Shown: positions 33,312 to 48,247 of the stretch, one piece after another
How positions within the stretch are numbered: position 1 is the first letter of the stretch
Layout: every line of letters starts with the position of its first letter
DNA from: Albugo candida
Taxonomy: Eukaryota
Length of the DNA: 64,000 nt
Direction: 5' to 3'
Assembly (NCBI GenBank): GCA_040437565.1
Contig: JBDOQK010000073.1
Coordinates: forward strand, 1 to 64,000
The notes under the pieces: model-generated
Seen by the model: the letters and a program-made list of their open reading frames with translations, nothing else
Told to the model about the DNA's origin: nothing
Databases searched by the model: none
Program-made: the position numbers and the translations under genes

Positions 33312-36300
33312 TTATTGCTGAGTACATGCGGGTTTCTCGTCTTCGTCTTTGGCCACCAATTCGTTTGAAAGGGTCCATTCGTTCAGATTTCGAGTCTCAC
33401 GAGGTTCCCGAGCTTCAATTGGTGCATCAACGCGTGGAAGCTCATTCATTGCGCCTTTAAAGGACTTTTTCATGTGTCGATTTTCAACCATTAAATCGAG
33501 ATTCTCTTTCTCCAAATACGCGATTTTATCACGGGATTCGGCACATGCGGCTTGGTGATCGGCTTCCAAACGTACCACTCGTTGCTCAAGTCTCTCCTTC
33601 TCACGTTGTGCCTCTAAAAGCTCCATTTTCGTCGTACTGGCTTCCTGCAACTTGATCGTATCTCGAAGTCTTGTGATTTCTTGCTTGTGGCGCTCCAATT
33701 CAACAGACTCGGTACTTTGTTGTTTTGTAAGTGTCTCGACACGCTGTTGTAAAGCATGTCGATCCCGTACGAGCTTTTGATAGATCTCAATGGTTCCAGT
33801 GGTCATTTTCACTCGTTCCAAAGTCTCAATTCTCTCCTTTTGCGTCCTCACAACTGATTCCAATTCATCTTTGGCACTTGATACGCGTTGTAGCTGCTGT
33901 CTTGACTCGAGGACCTGTTGCTCGGCACATTTTAGCGACTCGGAGACATCTTCGAGTGCGTTACGCTGCTGATATACATCGCATTCCAGCTTCTCGTTGC
34001 GGATCTTCCAGTCATCTGCCTCGTGAAGCGCTTCCTTGGCCGCCAATAATTGCTCTTCTTTGGCTCGTAACGCAGACTCACTACTTTGTAGCTGCACGGA
34101 GAGCTCCTTTGCAAGCTTGTTCTTTTCCATTTCGATACGATTCTTTGCTTCCATAAGCGATTGACGTTCCATCAACAATTTTTCTCGTGAGTTTTTTTCG
34201 CCTTCAGCGATACGCATGCGATCCTCAAATTCTTCACGCATTTTCTTTTGCTGGAAACGAAGCTCTTCCAAAGCGCTGTTTCGATCCTGCGTCGCGCGAT
34301 CGAGTGCACCTTCCAGCTCTTTGCACCGTGTGATGGCCACTTGCTCACGATGGTGAGATTCTTGGACGATATTCTCCAAACGTCGAACCGATTCCATCAG
34401 CGAATTCGCTTCCGTTTGTTTCTTCTGAAGCATTTCTGAATACGATTGCACATCTAATTTGAGAGTTTCGTTGCTTTCTTTGAGACATAAAAGTTCTTTT
34501 CGCATTTGTTCGTAAGCCAATGACTGAGTCTCATTGCAACTACGTTCATCCGTCAAAGAGGCATTCAGACGCTCCAGCGTCTCAATACGCCCGTGAAGCT
34601 CCATCGTCTGAGCGTTCCATTTGATCTGCAAATTCTCATTTTCAAGTACTTTTGTTTTGAGTTCCTTTTCGACACTTTCGAATTGTTTTGTGAGTTCTGC
34701 ACGTTCAGCTTGAAAGCGCTCTCCTGTGCGATTCAGCTCACCATTTCTGTTTGCTAGGGCCTCTTTTAAGGCGTCCGTGTGCTTTTCCGCGACCGCGACA
34801 CGCATCTCCAGTGCGTGAACAGTCCGATTTCTTTCCTCTTTGAGCCTCAATGCGGTACTCAGACAATCCTCTCGCTGCATACTCAAAAACTCGAGACGGA
34901 TACGAGTAATCTCAGAGTTTTGCCGCGTTGCTTGCATTTCCATCGATTCAGTTTCGAACAGTTTTATCCGCTCCGCTTTGTTGGCGTCGTCCTTTTTTAT
35001 CGCATCCAACTCACTTAAATTTGCTTCGTACTCATTCCTCAACGTATTGAGTTGATTCTGAAATTGTGAGGCTTGTTCTTTTCGAAGTAAGTTGACTTCT
35101 TCTACTTCGATGAAAGCATTCTGAAGTTGATCAGTGAGCTCGCGGATTGCTTGTTCGTTATCGCTTTTCAGTCTTTCCAGCAACTTGGAATGAGTTTCTT
35201 TTTTTTCTGACAAATTGGACTCCGAGTCCAAAAGTGCTCTTTGAGTCTCGTGCAATTGTGCTTTTACGAGTGCTTGAGCTTCTTTGTCGGTTTTTAAGGC
35301 ATTTAACGCTTTGTTGGAAGCCTCCAGTTGCCTGCCCAGTTCGTCGTTCTTCGCTTTGAGCGACTCAATCAATGACTCTGTGGCTCCATTCTCCTGACGC
35401 TTGCTTTCTTCGACTTTCTTCGACTGATACGTGGCGATCACTCGGATCCAGTCAGCAAAACGGTCTTTCCACGAGCTTTTTTCGTCACATTTTAATTCGA
35501 TTCCCAATTGGGTTCGTACTTGCTCGTGAAAACACTTCCAAATTTCATTTTTTTCCGTCGCATTTTTCTCCGTGAGAGATAACTCGCTGATTGTCGGCTC
35601 CTCATCTCGAAGTCTTTTTCGCTCCAATGAATGTCGAGACTCTTGACATTCCATTCTCCAATCGCTTTCGAGGTTCTCCATGCTTTGCTTTAATTCACCG
35701 GGACACCAAGTCTCTCGTCCGCGTTTGATTCTCTTACACTCACTTCTTCCTTGTCGATCCTCTGAGCCGCTGACACTTGAGCTGCTCAACATGAGAGACA
35801 TAAGGTGCTGTATTTCAGTTTGTTTCTTCACCAGCGCCTCATTTTCTGCTTTTAGCGCCGTAACAGTTGCATTTTCGTTCGCCATCCGCTTAAGTTCTCG
35901 AACTTCTTTCTTCAATCGTCGAAGCTGAGCTTGATCGTCGAGGATCTCATTCACCACTGCTGAGGTTTGTATCTTTTTAGCTCGAGCTGCAAACTGTAAA
36001 GTGCTTTTCGTCTCGTCCAGAAACCGGTCCGATGGAGTCACACAGCAAATTATCAGTGTGCGAGTGTTCCCATCCAATGAATTCTGCAGCAAACGCGTCA
36101 ATTTACTGTCTCGAAATGGTGCTGAGGGTTGTTGAGGGTTCTGAGGCACGCTGAGGGATCCACTCACAGCTTTTTGACTCGCGAGTGCATTGATTACTCG
36201 AGAAAGCGTTAGAAGCGATTTATTGATATTCCCGGCTTCCCGTTGACGAATACCTTCAGCCATTGTATGTCGAAGACTCTCAGAGCCGGCCAGGTCGACA

Positions 36301-37202
36301 AAATTGAGCGACGCGACCAGAACAGCTCCATTCACATCGTCCTCCGAGGTTCTTCGGTCCCTCAAATCGACCATGCTACTTCCCTCAGAGTTGCTTGCCC
36401 CCTCAAAATTGTCAGGAACTAATTTTTGCTTACTTTCAATGATTATTCGAAAGATGGCGTGTGACCTGGAAGATTTCTCGTTCATTGCGGTCTGTCCAAT
36501 TGTTCGACGCTGATTACCTTGCGTGAGCAACTGGAAGATGCTTTGAGCGTTCGTAATAATTTCCTCTTGTGAGTCCACGTAGACTCCTTTCTTGCGAGGA
36601 TCCTCACGAATTTTGAGGGTTTGTTTTTCCTCAGTGAGACTCAATAAATCGCGAATGACCTCATTGTAGATTTCAAAGTACGCGACTCGGAGGAGAAAGT
36701 CGCGATCCGAACACGACTCAATAAAGTTGAAAATATCACTTACTGCCAATGGGATGATACCTTTATCAGCATTAAATGGAGAATTGTCCAATAGGAGCGT
36801 TTCGCCTTGCATCGTGTGTGTTTTTCCCGATGAAGTTTGACCGTACGCGAAAATGGTCCCATTGATCCCGTTCATCGCTGATTGAACAATATCGTGAGCT
36901 ACATGTTCATAAATATCCAATGTGCTTTGCTCTGGACCAAATATGTGATCGTATTGGAATGTATTCTGCTTCCCAGGTAATGGTTGTTCTGTAACAGCAT
37001 GAAGCACCGTAATTGCATGCAAATTCGGTATGATACGCAGAATGTTTGTATCTTTAGCGCGTTCTTCGCGTTCCGTAAGAGGACGCACTCGTATACAGAC
37101 TGCGATGTTCTCAATTAACGAGGAATCGCTCGTTGTGCATTCATTTGTGTGATCGTGAGTTGGTTCCATGAGCGCATCATCTGGAATCGCATCGGAATCC
37201 AT
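33312..37202 (-). CDS. CENPE: Kinesin-7 / CENP-E-like motor
   Basis: FAYGQTSSGKT, SSRSH and DLAGSE motifs, the post-motor RGRETWCPG typical of CENP-E, a long coiled coil and C-terminal CTQQ. Confidence 0.92.
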   Translation of the reverse strand: MDSDAIPDDALMEPTHDHTNECTTSDSSLIENIAVCIRVRPLTEREERAKDTNILRIIPNLHAITVLHAVTEQPLPGKQNTFQYDHIFGPEQSTLDIYEHVAHDIVQSAMNGINGTIFAYGQTSSGKTHTMQGETLLLDNSPFNADKGIIPLAVSDIFNFIESCSDRDFLLRVAYFEIYNEVIRDLLSLTEEKQTLKIREDPRKKGVYVDSQEEIITNAQSIFQLLTQGNQRRTIGQTAMNEKSSRSHAIFRIIIESKQKLVPDNFEGASNSEGSSMVDLRDRRTSEDDVNGAVLVASLNFVDLAGSESLRHTMAEGIRQREAGNINKSLLTLSRVINALASQKAVSGSLSVPQNPQQPSAPFRDSKLTRLLQNSLDGNTRTLIICCVTPSDRFLDETKSTLQFAARAKKIQTSAVVNEILDDQAQLRRLKKEVRELKRMANENATVTALKAENEALVKKQTEIQHLMSLMLSSSSVSGSEDRQGRSECKRIKRGRETWCPGELKQSMENLESDWRMECQESRHSLERKRLRDEEPTISELSLTEKNATEKNEIWKCFHEQVRTQLGIELKCDEKSSWKDRFADWIRVIATYQSKKVEESKRQENGATESLIESLKAKNDELGRQLEASNKALNALKTDKEAQALVKAQLHETQRALLDSESNLSEKKETHSKLLERLKSDNEQAIRELTDQLQNAFIEVEEVNLLRKEQASQFQNQLNTLRNEYEANLSELDAIKKDDANKAERIKLFETESMEMQATRQNSEITRIRLEFLSMQREDCLSTALRLKEERNRTVHALEMRVAVAEKHTDALKEALANRNGELNRTGERFQAERAELTKQFESVEKELKTKVLENENLQIKWNAQTMELHGRIETLERLNASLTDERSCNETQSLAYEQMRKELLCLKESNETLKLDVQSYSEMLQKKQTEANSLMESVRRLENIVQESHHREQVAITRCKELEGALDRATQDRNSALEELRFQQKKMREEFEDRMRIAEGEKNSREKLLMERQSLMEAKNRIEMEKNKLAKELSVQLQSSESALRAKEEQLLAAKEALHEADDWKIRNEKLECDVYQQRNALEDVSESLKCAEQQVLESRQQLQRVSSAKDELESVVRTQKERIETLERVKMTTGTIEIYQKLVRDRHALQQRVETLTKQQSTESVELERHKQEITRLRDTIKLQEASTTKMELLEAQREKERLEQRVVRLEADHQAACAESRDKIAYLEKENLDLMVENRHMKKSFKGAMNELPRVDAPIEAREPRETRNLNEWTLSNELVAKDEDEKPACTQQ

Positions 37203-37347
37203 TTCGTGTCCAGTCCAAATACCTTAAGTGCGTTTTCGCGGTCTTTTCTTGGAACCCACCCATTTACACATGTTATTTGGTTCTGAAGAGCAAGTTCGTT
37301 CACTTCGAGTTACATGCAACTGACTATAAATCCAATAATTAAAACTT

Positions 37348-39904
37348 TCACTCTTCTTTGACGTACTCAAATTCATCAGAAAGAGACCCATCGGGTTCAC
37401 ACGACAATTGCGTGCGTATTGTGTTCGCGTCCCCAAACCGTCTCAGTATATCGTCACCGCATTGGTGTATATCCTCACTACAATCCAAAATCGCACCACT
37501 CGACGTCCTCAGATAATATTTTACCATTCTCACTCTTTTCCTCTTCCTCCGAAAAATGGCGAAATGAGTCCGTTTCCTCTCATCCTCAAAGGCAACACAG
37601 CTTTCCTCACTTTTGCAGCGTATCGCTCGCCGCAGCCTTTCCATTGAGATTTCATTGTTTTGTGGCATGAAGAGGTCGCTTTCACGCGCGTGCAGCCGGC
37701 GGTACATGTCCAGCACACGTCCATTGGCGTGAACGTATAGTACATGGAGATAGAATGAGGATATAGCGATACTCAAGTACGTGAGGTACAGCATCCACGT
37801 GAGGGAGACGCCGACGATGCCGCTTCCTTGAGCTCCATGGAACCGCGAATACAGCTTGAATGCATCGCCTTCCACGCATAAACAATCCTGGGATGACAGG
37901 GCATTGCGTACACAAGCAGTTTGCGTCCAAAAATGCGATTTACATTGATATTGGTGCGTGAGTGCGTCAACAATGAAAATGAGGAATGGATCGAGGAAAG
38001 CAGAAATCCCCAAAGAAACGACAAATTCAGATCCGAATGCGGGAAGCTCGAACAAAAGCTTCTGGAACGCGAGGGTGAAGCCAGATGCCGCTACAAATAG
38101 CATATAATTCGCAAAACATCCGATCAAAATGACTCCGATTTCTAGATTGAGGGAAATATTTGCTGGTGTGTATTTGACAAAACACGTCCACGAACGCATT
38201 TGGAAGTTGTAGACGGGGACGTGAAGGCTTCGTAGCAGTGTCCATTGGCTCAGGTAGTGGATATACATCCGCATCCACAAGACCAGCAAAAAAATCGCCA
38301 AAGAGTGCCATAATTCCATTCTGTACCATGCGTTCCAACTCTTGCCGAAAACGAGCTCATGACGGAAGAAATAAAGTTTCCAACCGACAATAGATCGCTT
38401 ATGACGTGAAGAGAGGCAATCTAGCGTATCGATCGCAAATGTATGCGCATCCTCATCAAAATGAGGGAGGATTTCAAGATCTTTTTCGGTGAGAGTGACG
38501 CCATCTCGAAACGATAAAAGCCCTTTGTCTGTCTCTCGATCATATTTGTGAGACATTATATCTTCAGACTGCACGATGGAAAGTAAGAAACATTCCTTCT
38601 TTGGCACACAACATTTGGCTTACCGCGACATGAATCTTGGCACACGTATGTTTCCTAGCGTTCGCGGTCTTCAACAGCTGAAGTTTCTTCCAAACATTTG
38701 TCCGAACGTTCACTCGGTCTTTTTTGTGCGCAGAAGCACTCCGTAAATCAATTTCTGCATCGAAATCCGACCCGAATGTCCACTCATTTCGCATGGCTCG
38801 AGGATGGAGGCGTTCCCTCATACAGCGCACATTGAGTCGATCGTTTCCTCGTGTCATCAATTTCATTTCAAAATAGAAATTCCCGAGCCAACAAGAGAGA
38901 TCTCGCGCACACAGTCGTTCCATCCCTTGAAATGTCGTCACATTGGGGTCAACAGGACCTCGAAGGAAAAGAATCTTGAATTTCCCAGTCAAAAGCTCGC
39001 AAGGACCGGAAGAAACGGGAATCGCACCCCACCCAACAACATCTTCTCTAACCAACACGGACGAATGATGCGTGGGTGAAAGCGAGACAAGCTCAAACAC
39101 AATCACATGAAGCGGAGTCACGTCACACTCCGCCGGGCAGTGCAAGAAAAACCGCTGATGAATACGAAAATCGATCGTATTACGATGATACAAAGGCTTG
39201 GTAAAGTGAGGCAATTCCCATTCATTTTTGAACGCGTGAGTCCGACCAGAAATCAAAGACCACTCCAAAGGTTGGCCGCCTAATCGATCATACAATCTCG
39301 CCACTACCATATACATTCCGGACAGCAATGTATCTCCAACACCTTTGATGACTCGTGCTCGTATTTCCATCGCGACAGGAATTCGACTCGATTCAACACG
39401 AAATTCGCGTCGAAACGAATCAAGCCAAGACAATTGCAACGTCCCAAATTGTTGATGTACATACGCATTCTGCCGACCCAACTTCCATTCCAATCGACGT
39501 TGCGCGTGACAGAATGCATTCTCCAGCTTTCGATGAAGAATCTGGAATTGACTCACGGCCTCAGCTCGACTCTTTGACTCATTTTTATGTCGCCTCTTTG
39601 CCTCAGCCCGCAATTGTTCCCTCCTCATTCGTTCATGAGTTTCTAACAATCGCATTCGATACTCATACGCACGTGTCTCTCGATCTTCCCGTTCCATCCA
39701 TAAACTCTGCATCAATCGCTCCCGTGCATGGATCTGTTCCAAAGGTATGTCACCGACAATCACTTGAGCGTCCGAAATGACAAGTTCGAATTCGCTGAGA
39801 TACGAACGCATATCAATAACCGCATCGTCTTCCGTCTTGGTCGTCGGAACATAAATGAAAGATGCGCTACTTTCCACCTCATTTTCGAGCGTCAGATGTT
39901 CCAT
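37348..39904 (-). CDS. Conserved coiled-coil + C2-like + multi-pass membrane protein (OFCC1-like); intron 38569-38623
   Basis: The GTAAGC..TGCAG intron joins the two track ORFs in frame. Motifs LYDRLGG, VVGWGAIP, GKFKILFLRG and WLGNFYFE are followed by about 4 TM segments. The family call is from memory. Confidence 0.65.
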
Positions 39905-40196
39905 AAGCGACTCATTCTGAAGAATGTATTAATAAAAACTGTTACATGTCACAAAGGCGCCATTTATTTCATGCGATACATTGTGTAATTATCGGCTTCA
40001 GTCAGTCTAAAATTTCGAATTCTTCACGCGTCAGAAAGAGAATCGCTCCTTTTATAAAGTGGAAGGAACCATTGGCTGTCGGAAAAAATGTCTGGAAAGA
40101 AGTCGTTCGATTACGCAACCGCGAAAAATTGTAGTAGCGACTTAAGAGCTTCAGTTGCTTGAGTTGTTATTCACAACTCTTTTTCAACGGAGACGT

Positions 40197-43100
40197 ATGA
40201 GCGCAAAGTTGGAGACCAAAAAAGTCGAGTCGAATCGCGCTACTTTGATCAACTGGCAGGATCCTCATGCGCTTTATGAGCGCGTTGCGACGAAGCTCGA
40301 GAATGCGTTGGGGCAGCCGTTACCACAAATGGAAGTCCGTTTTCAGAATATAACAATTACCGCCAAGATGGAGCGAGGGAAGGATGAGTCTGGGAAAATG
40401 CCGACATTTGGGAATGCGGCGATGCGTGTCGCTCAAAAATGCTGTCGAGATTATCGAGAAACGCACGAAAAAGTGATTTTAGACGACGTGTCTGGGGTTC
40501 TACGACCAGGATCCATGACACTCGTTTTAGGGCAACCAGCTTCGGGTAAATCCACACTGTTGAAATACCTTAGTGGTCGGTTTCACCATAAGAAAAACGT
40601 GAGTATACGAGGCGAAGTTTCATATAACGGTGTCGCTAACCACCAGTTAACTGCTGTACTACCACAATTCGTCTCGTACGTCAGTCAAAAAGATGAACAT
40701 TTTGCCGATTTGACTGTGAAGGAGACGCTCGAATTTGCGAGAAATCTAACTGCGTGGAAATTTCCTCAGCCTTTAGCTCGAAAACTACAGAAAATTACGT
40801 CTGAAAATGCGGTCGAGGCGCTCGCACTCGCTAACGCGATGTATCAGCACTACCCTGATATTGTAATTGAGTCATACGGGCTTCAAGATTGCAAGGATAC
40901 AAAAATCGGAAGTGGAATGCTTCGCGGCGTTTCCGGTGGGGAACGTAAACGTGTCACAAGCGGAGAGATGGAAATTGGGTTTCGTAATGTCACATTCATG
41001 GATGAAATCAGTACGGGGCTCGATAGNNNNNNNNNNNNNNNNNNNNNNNNNNNNNNNNNNNNNNNNNNNNNNNNNNNNNNNNNNNNNNNNNNNNNNNNNN
41101 NNNNNNNNNNNNNNNNNNNNNNNNNNTATTGTAATTGAGTCATACGGGCTTCAAGATTGCAAGGATACAAAAATCGGAAGTGGAATGCTTCGCGGCGTTT
41201 CCGGTGGGGAACGTAAACGTGTCACAAGCGGAGAGATGGAAATTGGGTTTCGTAATGTCACATTCATGGATGAAATCAGTACGGGGCTCGATAGTGCAGC
41301 AACACTCGATATTATAAAGTTACAACGCACACTTGCCCGTACCTTCCACAAAACAATTGTCATTGCACTTCTACAGCCTTCACCGCAAGTGTTTGAGCTA
41401 TTCGATCATGTGATTTTGTTAAATCAAGGTCATGTGATGTATCAAGGACCACGCGAGAAAGCAGTCCACTATTTTGAGAAGATGGGGTTTGTTCGTCCGT
41501 GTGATCGCGATCCAGCAGATTTTCTCCTCGATATTGGAACCAAAGAGCAAGTTCGATACCAGACATCCAATTTCCGGTCGGTGAGCTTACCTCGAACCCC
41601 GGAAGAATTCGCACATGCGTTCCGGAGATCGCGGTATTACGCTCGAATACAGCAGCAAGTTTGCGAGCCAATGAATCCTACACTTCGGCGGGATGTAGAA
41701 GAGTATATGGAGCCTAGTAAACCGTTCACGGTGAGCTATTTCCGGGAATTATGTGTTCTTACGAAACGAAGTTGGCTGCTTACTATTCGCAATCCAGCAC
41801 TTGTGCAAGGCCGAACGCTCATGATAATAATATCTGGGCTCTTATACGGCACCATTTTCTACCAAATCGAGCCAACAAACATTCAAGTTATGCTTGGAGT
41901 CTTTTTCGCATCGACTATGTTTATCGCGCTAGGGCAAGTGGCTATGATTCCAACATTTATTGAGGCTCGTGACATATTTTACAAACAACGTGACGCCAAT
42001 TTTCATCGAACGAGCTGCTTCATATTTGCCAATACGCTTNNNNNNNNNNNNNNNNNNNNNNNNNNNNNNNNNNNNNNNNNNNNNNNNNNNNNNNNNNNNN
42101 NNNNNNNNNNNNNNNNNNNNNNNNNNNNNNNNNNNNNNNGCTTGGAGTCTTTTTCGCATCGACTATGTTTATCGCGCTAGGGCAAGTGGCTATGATTCCA
42201 ACATTTATTGAGGCTCGTGACATATTTTACAAACAACGTGACGCCAATTTTCATCGAACGAGCTGCTTCATATTTGCCAATACGCTTATACAAATGATAC
42301 CCATCGTGTTGCGTGGACTTGTATTTGGAACTATGGTGTACTGGTTCTGCGGTCTGGTACCTGCATTCTCGTCATTCGCGCTGTTCATCCTCGTGATGAT
42401 TGTGGTCGGACTGGTTTTCAATGCGTGGTTTTTCTTTATTGCAATGATATCGTCCGATATCCACATTGCTCATCCATTTGCGATGCTTTCCATCTTATTC
42501 TTTGCATTGTATGCGGGGTTCATCGTTGTCCGGTCACAAATTCCCAATTATCTTTTATGGATTTATTGGAATAATCCGATTTCCTGGTGCATCCGTATGC
42601 TTGGAATCAACCAGTACCGTAACAGCACACTCGATGTTTATGTGTATGAAGGGATCAATTACTGTGAGCGATTTGGTACGACGTTTGGAAAATACTCCTT
42701 AAAGCTTTTTGATGTGTACACGGATCAAAAATGGATTTTGTATGGATTTATATACTTATGCGCAATGTATGTGCTACTTACAATTGCGAGTATTTTCGTG
42801 CTCGAGTATCAACGCGTCGACGTTCACGATTACTCGTCTGCTCCGATGGAAGAGATCGATGACGAGGATACCACTCATGAAGCTCGAAAAGACAGCTATA
42901 CCACGCTGCAGACACCAATGGACAATCAAGAAGAGGTCCGTTTGCCAATCGGCCACGAGGATGCAGCATTTGTACCCGTGACACTCTGTTTCAAGAATTT
43001 ATATTACTCGGTCCCCGACCCGAATGCCCCAAAACAGGATCTTACATTACTTCAGGGTATTTCAGGATATGCAATGCCTGGCACAATGACCGCGTTGATG

Positions 43101-44786
43101 GGATCCTCGGGTGCTGGCAAAACTACATTGATGGATGTGATTGCTGGACGTAAAACCGGTGGTAAAATACAAGGCGACATTATGCTCAACGGGTACCCGG
43201 CTTCCGTGCTGGCAATTCGGCGGAGTACGGGGTACTGCGAGCAAATGGATATCCACTCAGAAGCGTCGACGTTCCGGGAAGCACTGACATTCAGCGCGTT
43301 TCTTCGACAAGGAGCTGATGTGTCTGCAGCAGTCAAATACCATTCAGTGCAAGAGTGTCTCGACCTGTTGAATCTGAATGCGATCGCGGATAAAATCATT
43401 CGTGGAAGCTCTGTGGAGCAACTCAAACGACTTACGATCGGTGTGGAACTCGCTGCTCGACCGAGTGTCCTCTTTTTGGATGAGCCAACAAGCGGTTTGG
43501 ATGCGCGTTGTGCAAAAGTAATTATGGACGGTGTGCGTAAAGTGGCTGACTCGGGGAGAACGATTGTTTGCACGATTCATCAGCCGTCTTATGAAGTGTT
43601 CCAGCTATTTGATAGTTTATTACTGCTCAAAAGGGGAGGCGAAATGGTGTATTTTGGTGAATTGGGTCAAAAATGTAAAACACTTGTAACGTATTTTGAG
43701 GCGATTCCTGGAGTAGAAAAACTTCCTTTACATTATAATCCAGCCTCATGGATGTTAGAGTGTATTGGAGCAGGAGTTTGTCACGCATCAGACGTGGATT
43801 TTGTAGCGTACTTTGCGCAAAGTCCGGAACGTCGCTATCTAACGGCTACGCTGGATAAAGATGGTGTTGGTGTACCGTCTTTGATGGTGCCTCAGTTACA
43901 TTATACTCAGAAACGGGCGGCACGTGCAATGACTCAAATGCAATGGGTGATTGGTCGATTCTTTGTTCTCTATTGGCGTACGCCAACGTATACATTAACG
44001 CGCTTCGTTATCGCAATCATTCTTGCGTTGGTGTTTGGACTCACGTTTTTGGGTACGGATTATCAGACTTTCCAACAAGTAAATTCAGGGATGGGAATGT
44101 TCTTCGTATCGACTTTATTTCTATCGTTTATTGTAACAGACGGTACGATGGCACCCACGTTTCAAGAACGTGCTGCGTTCTATCGCGAGCGAGCCTCTGA
44201 AACGTACAACGCCTTATGGTATTTTATTGGCTCTAGTTTGGCCGAAATTCCTTATTTATTTATGACCGCGTTGATGTTTACAGCTATATTTTTCCCAATG
44301 GTGGGCCTGACACTTTATTGGAAAGATTGGATTTTATTTTTCCTAGCGTTATTTACAGAATTATTACTATCCGTATATATGGGCAAATTCATTGCAAATA
44401 GTCTTCCGAATCTCGAGCTTGCAATGGTTTTGAATGTAATTTGGAGTATTGCAAGTCTACTTACGATGGGATTTAGTCCGCCTGCAAAATCGATTCCTTC
44501 AGGATATCGTTGGCTGTATTACATTCTTCCACGACGATATCAATTCAATACATTGGCGGCGATTGCTTTCGGTCAATGCAACACGCCTTCAGATATCGGC
44601 TGTGCGCCTCTATTGGGTGGGCCTTCGGTAATTGGAAACGTTACGGTGAAAGAGTTTGTCAAAGACGTTTTTGACGCAGATTACGATCACATTGGAAGAA
44701 ATTTTGCAGTGTGTTTGGGTGCGACTGCAATTTTCTTGTTATTGTCATTAGTTTGTACGCGTTTCGTGAATTTTCAGAAAAGATGA
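40197..44786 (+). CDS. Full-size PDR-type ABCG transporter (~1,357 aa after removing overlap duplications)
   Basis: NBD1 GQPASGKST/VSGGERKRV/MDEISTGLD; NBD2 GSSGAGKTT/SSVEQLKRL/LDEPTSGLD; two TMDs. The duplication offsets 268+248 sum to a multiple of 3. Confidence 0.95.
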
Positions 44787-44897
44787 GGATTGGCTCATTG
44801 TATAATTACGTTAATCGAGGTATTTGCCATTGTAAACGTTGTCGCATTACAAAATGACCGTCGCCGTCTACCTGTCGCGATGCTGCGTCGTCTGTGA

Positions 44898-46472
<1,575 letters not shown>

Positions 46473-48220
46473 CTGCTTAATTTCAGCTTATATTAAGACG
46501 GTTACGGTGCAAGCCATAATACTACAAGCTGACAATAACAGGATTGATCATAGGCGGCATATATATCTCGAGTACGTTATGTCCTCTCGATGGTTATGCA
46601 GATATTGCCTTTTATGACACCTCAGGTAGTGCTGCTACCCAAAGGGTGAAATATAAGCGCACATAACGCCTTTGCAGTAATATGAGGTGTATATTTACAT
46701 TCACTCAACGTATAGCTTTTGGCATGCATACCACTGCATGTTAATCTCAAACACGTCGATAATGCATGTATCTTATCACGACAATGTTATCAGATGGTAA
46801 TGCGCGAACAAACGTTTGTGTGACACTCCGTGAAGTTTGGCGAGAAATTGGCGAGAAATCAATCCGATCTTTTCACTAAGCCACATCACTCCTTGCGTGC
46901 TTCTACAGTATAGCCGTCGAGTCAGAGGCTGCTGAACGTACTCAAGGTGTAGACTTTCCTTTTAGAAATCGCGTCTAACAGTACATTAAGAATTCTTGAA
47001 TCAATAAACATTGACCCCTTGCAGAGAAGTCGTTCAAACCACCTCAGTCACGACATGCTGACAATCACGTGCCTGAGTGGCAGTCGCAAACTAAATTTAA
47101 TCTGCAAAAGACTGGGTGTATCTTCTCTTGACGATTGTAGGTCCAGTGTGACCAGCAGTATTCATTACAAATAAATAACAAAGGGAAGTAGATATCATCC
47201 ACTTTTGCTTGTTATTTGTTTCCTACAGGAGCTTCCATCTTTAGGCAAACTGTCTCTGACAAAATCACTATCAAGAGTCGTTATAGCTCGCAGTCGAATG
47301 ATCAGAGTGATAACAATCAGGGCGATTGTCACACAGATATTCGTTTTGCGCTTATAGAGTACCTACCCCCTCATCCCATAGTCGCGGTGAGAATTTCGCG
47401 TTATCAGTACTTTGAGATTATATTCGGATCTCACAATTTGTGCATATCACTTTGGAAAACGCTCCCATTGATTACTTCACGTATTTATCACAATGGAAAG
47501 AGTATACAACGGTTTCGCGTTGTACGAGCCCTAAATACGATGAATTTATAACCAATCACCAGATACTATCAGGTAGGCGTGTAGTTCTGCCACCATAACT
47601 TTAAACACACGAGAATTGTAGTGTTCATACAACAGTGAGGTTGCTATTATCAAAATTGTGGGTTCAGGAAAGACTCTCATTGTAAGGGCTTCCGCATTAA
47701 AGCATTTTGATATGGTAGACACCTATTTTATCCGGAACAGCACGCAGTACAGTCGAATTGACAATAGTCTGGGCAATAAAGTCTGTGAGCTAAACTGAAA
47801 CAACCATTATTGATAAACTGCGATACCGAGATCAATAGCGAAAAATTTTATACATGCAGCAATCAAGGTCTACAGCTTTTGCGCAAGGCTCGCTAAATTG
47901 TTGTGCCTTTTTTTTCTCAGCTGCCCCGTCTGTCGATAAGCTCCCAATTGCGGAAAAAGATGTGATTTTAGAAAAGCCATTTCTGGCTCGATTATTACCT
48001 TCAGACATTCGAAAGCTCACCATATAGCATACCCCTACGATGGTCTTGACAATTGTATCAAATAGCCGATAAATGAATCTTCCACATTTCATTGTCTCAC
48101 TTCGATAGATCGCTATAGCAGTACAATTTGAAAATTTCTATTACCATAGGGCTGATACCCCACCTCGATTGTGCGATTCGAAAAAGCAGATAGCTTTAGT
48201 TTCTGCAATTTTGAAACTTC

Positions 48221-48236
48221 ACTCACTTTTGAATTC
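48221..48236 (+). promoter_or_regulatory. Oomycete Inr+FPR core promoter
   Basis: ACTCACTTTTGAATTC fits the TCAYTY-N3-WTTY pattern and lies 11 nt upstream of ATG 48248. Confidence 0.6.
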
Positions 48237-48247
48237 TACGACACACA

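Noticed and set aside
40867-42280. Apparent frameshifted or pseudogenised ABC transporter
   Set aside because: The breaks coincide with gaps, and collapsing the duplications gives one intact frame.
46836-46860. Tandem TTGGCGAGAAA x2 (E2F-like)
   Set aside because: Imperfect consensus, ~370 bp from the nearest start, and compatible with simple slippage.
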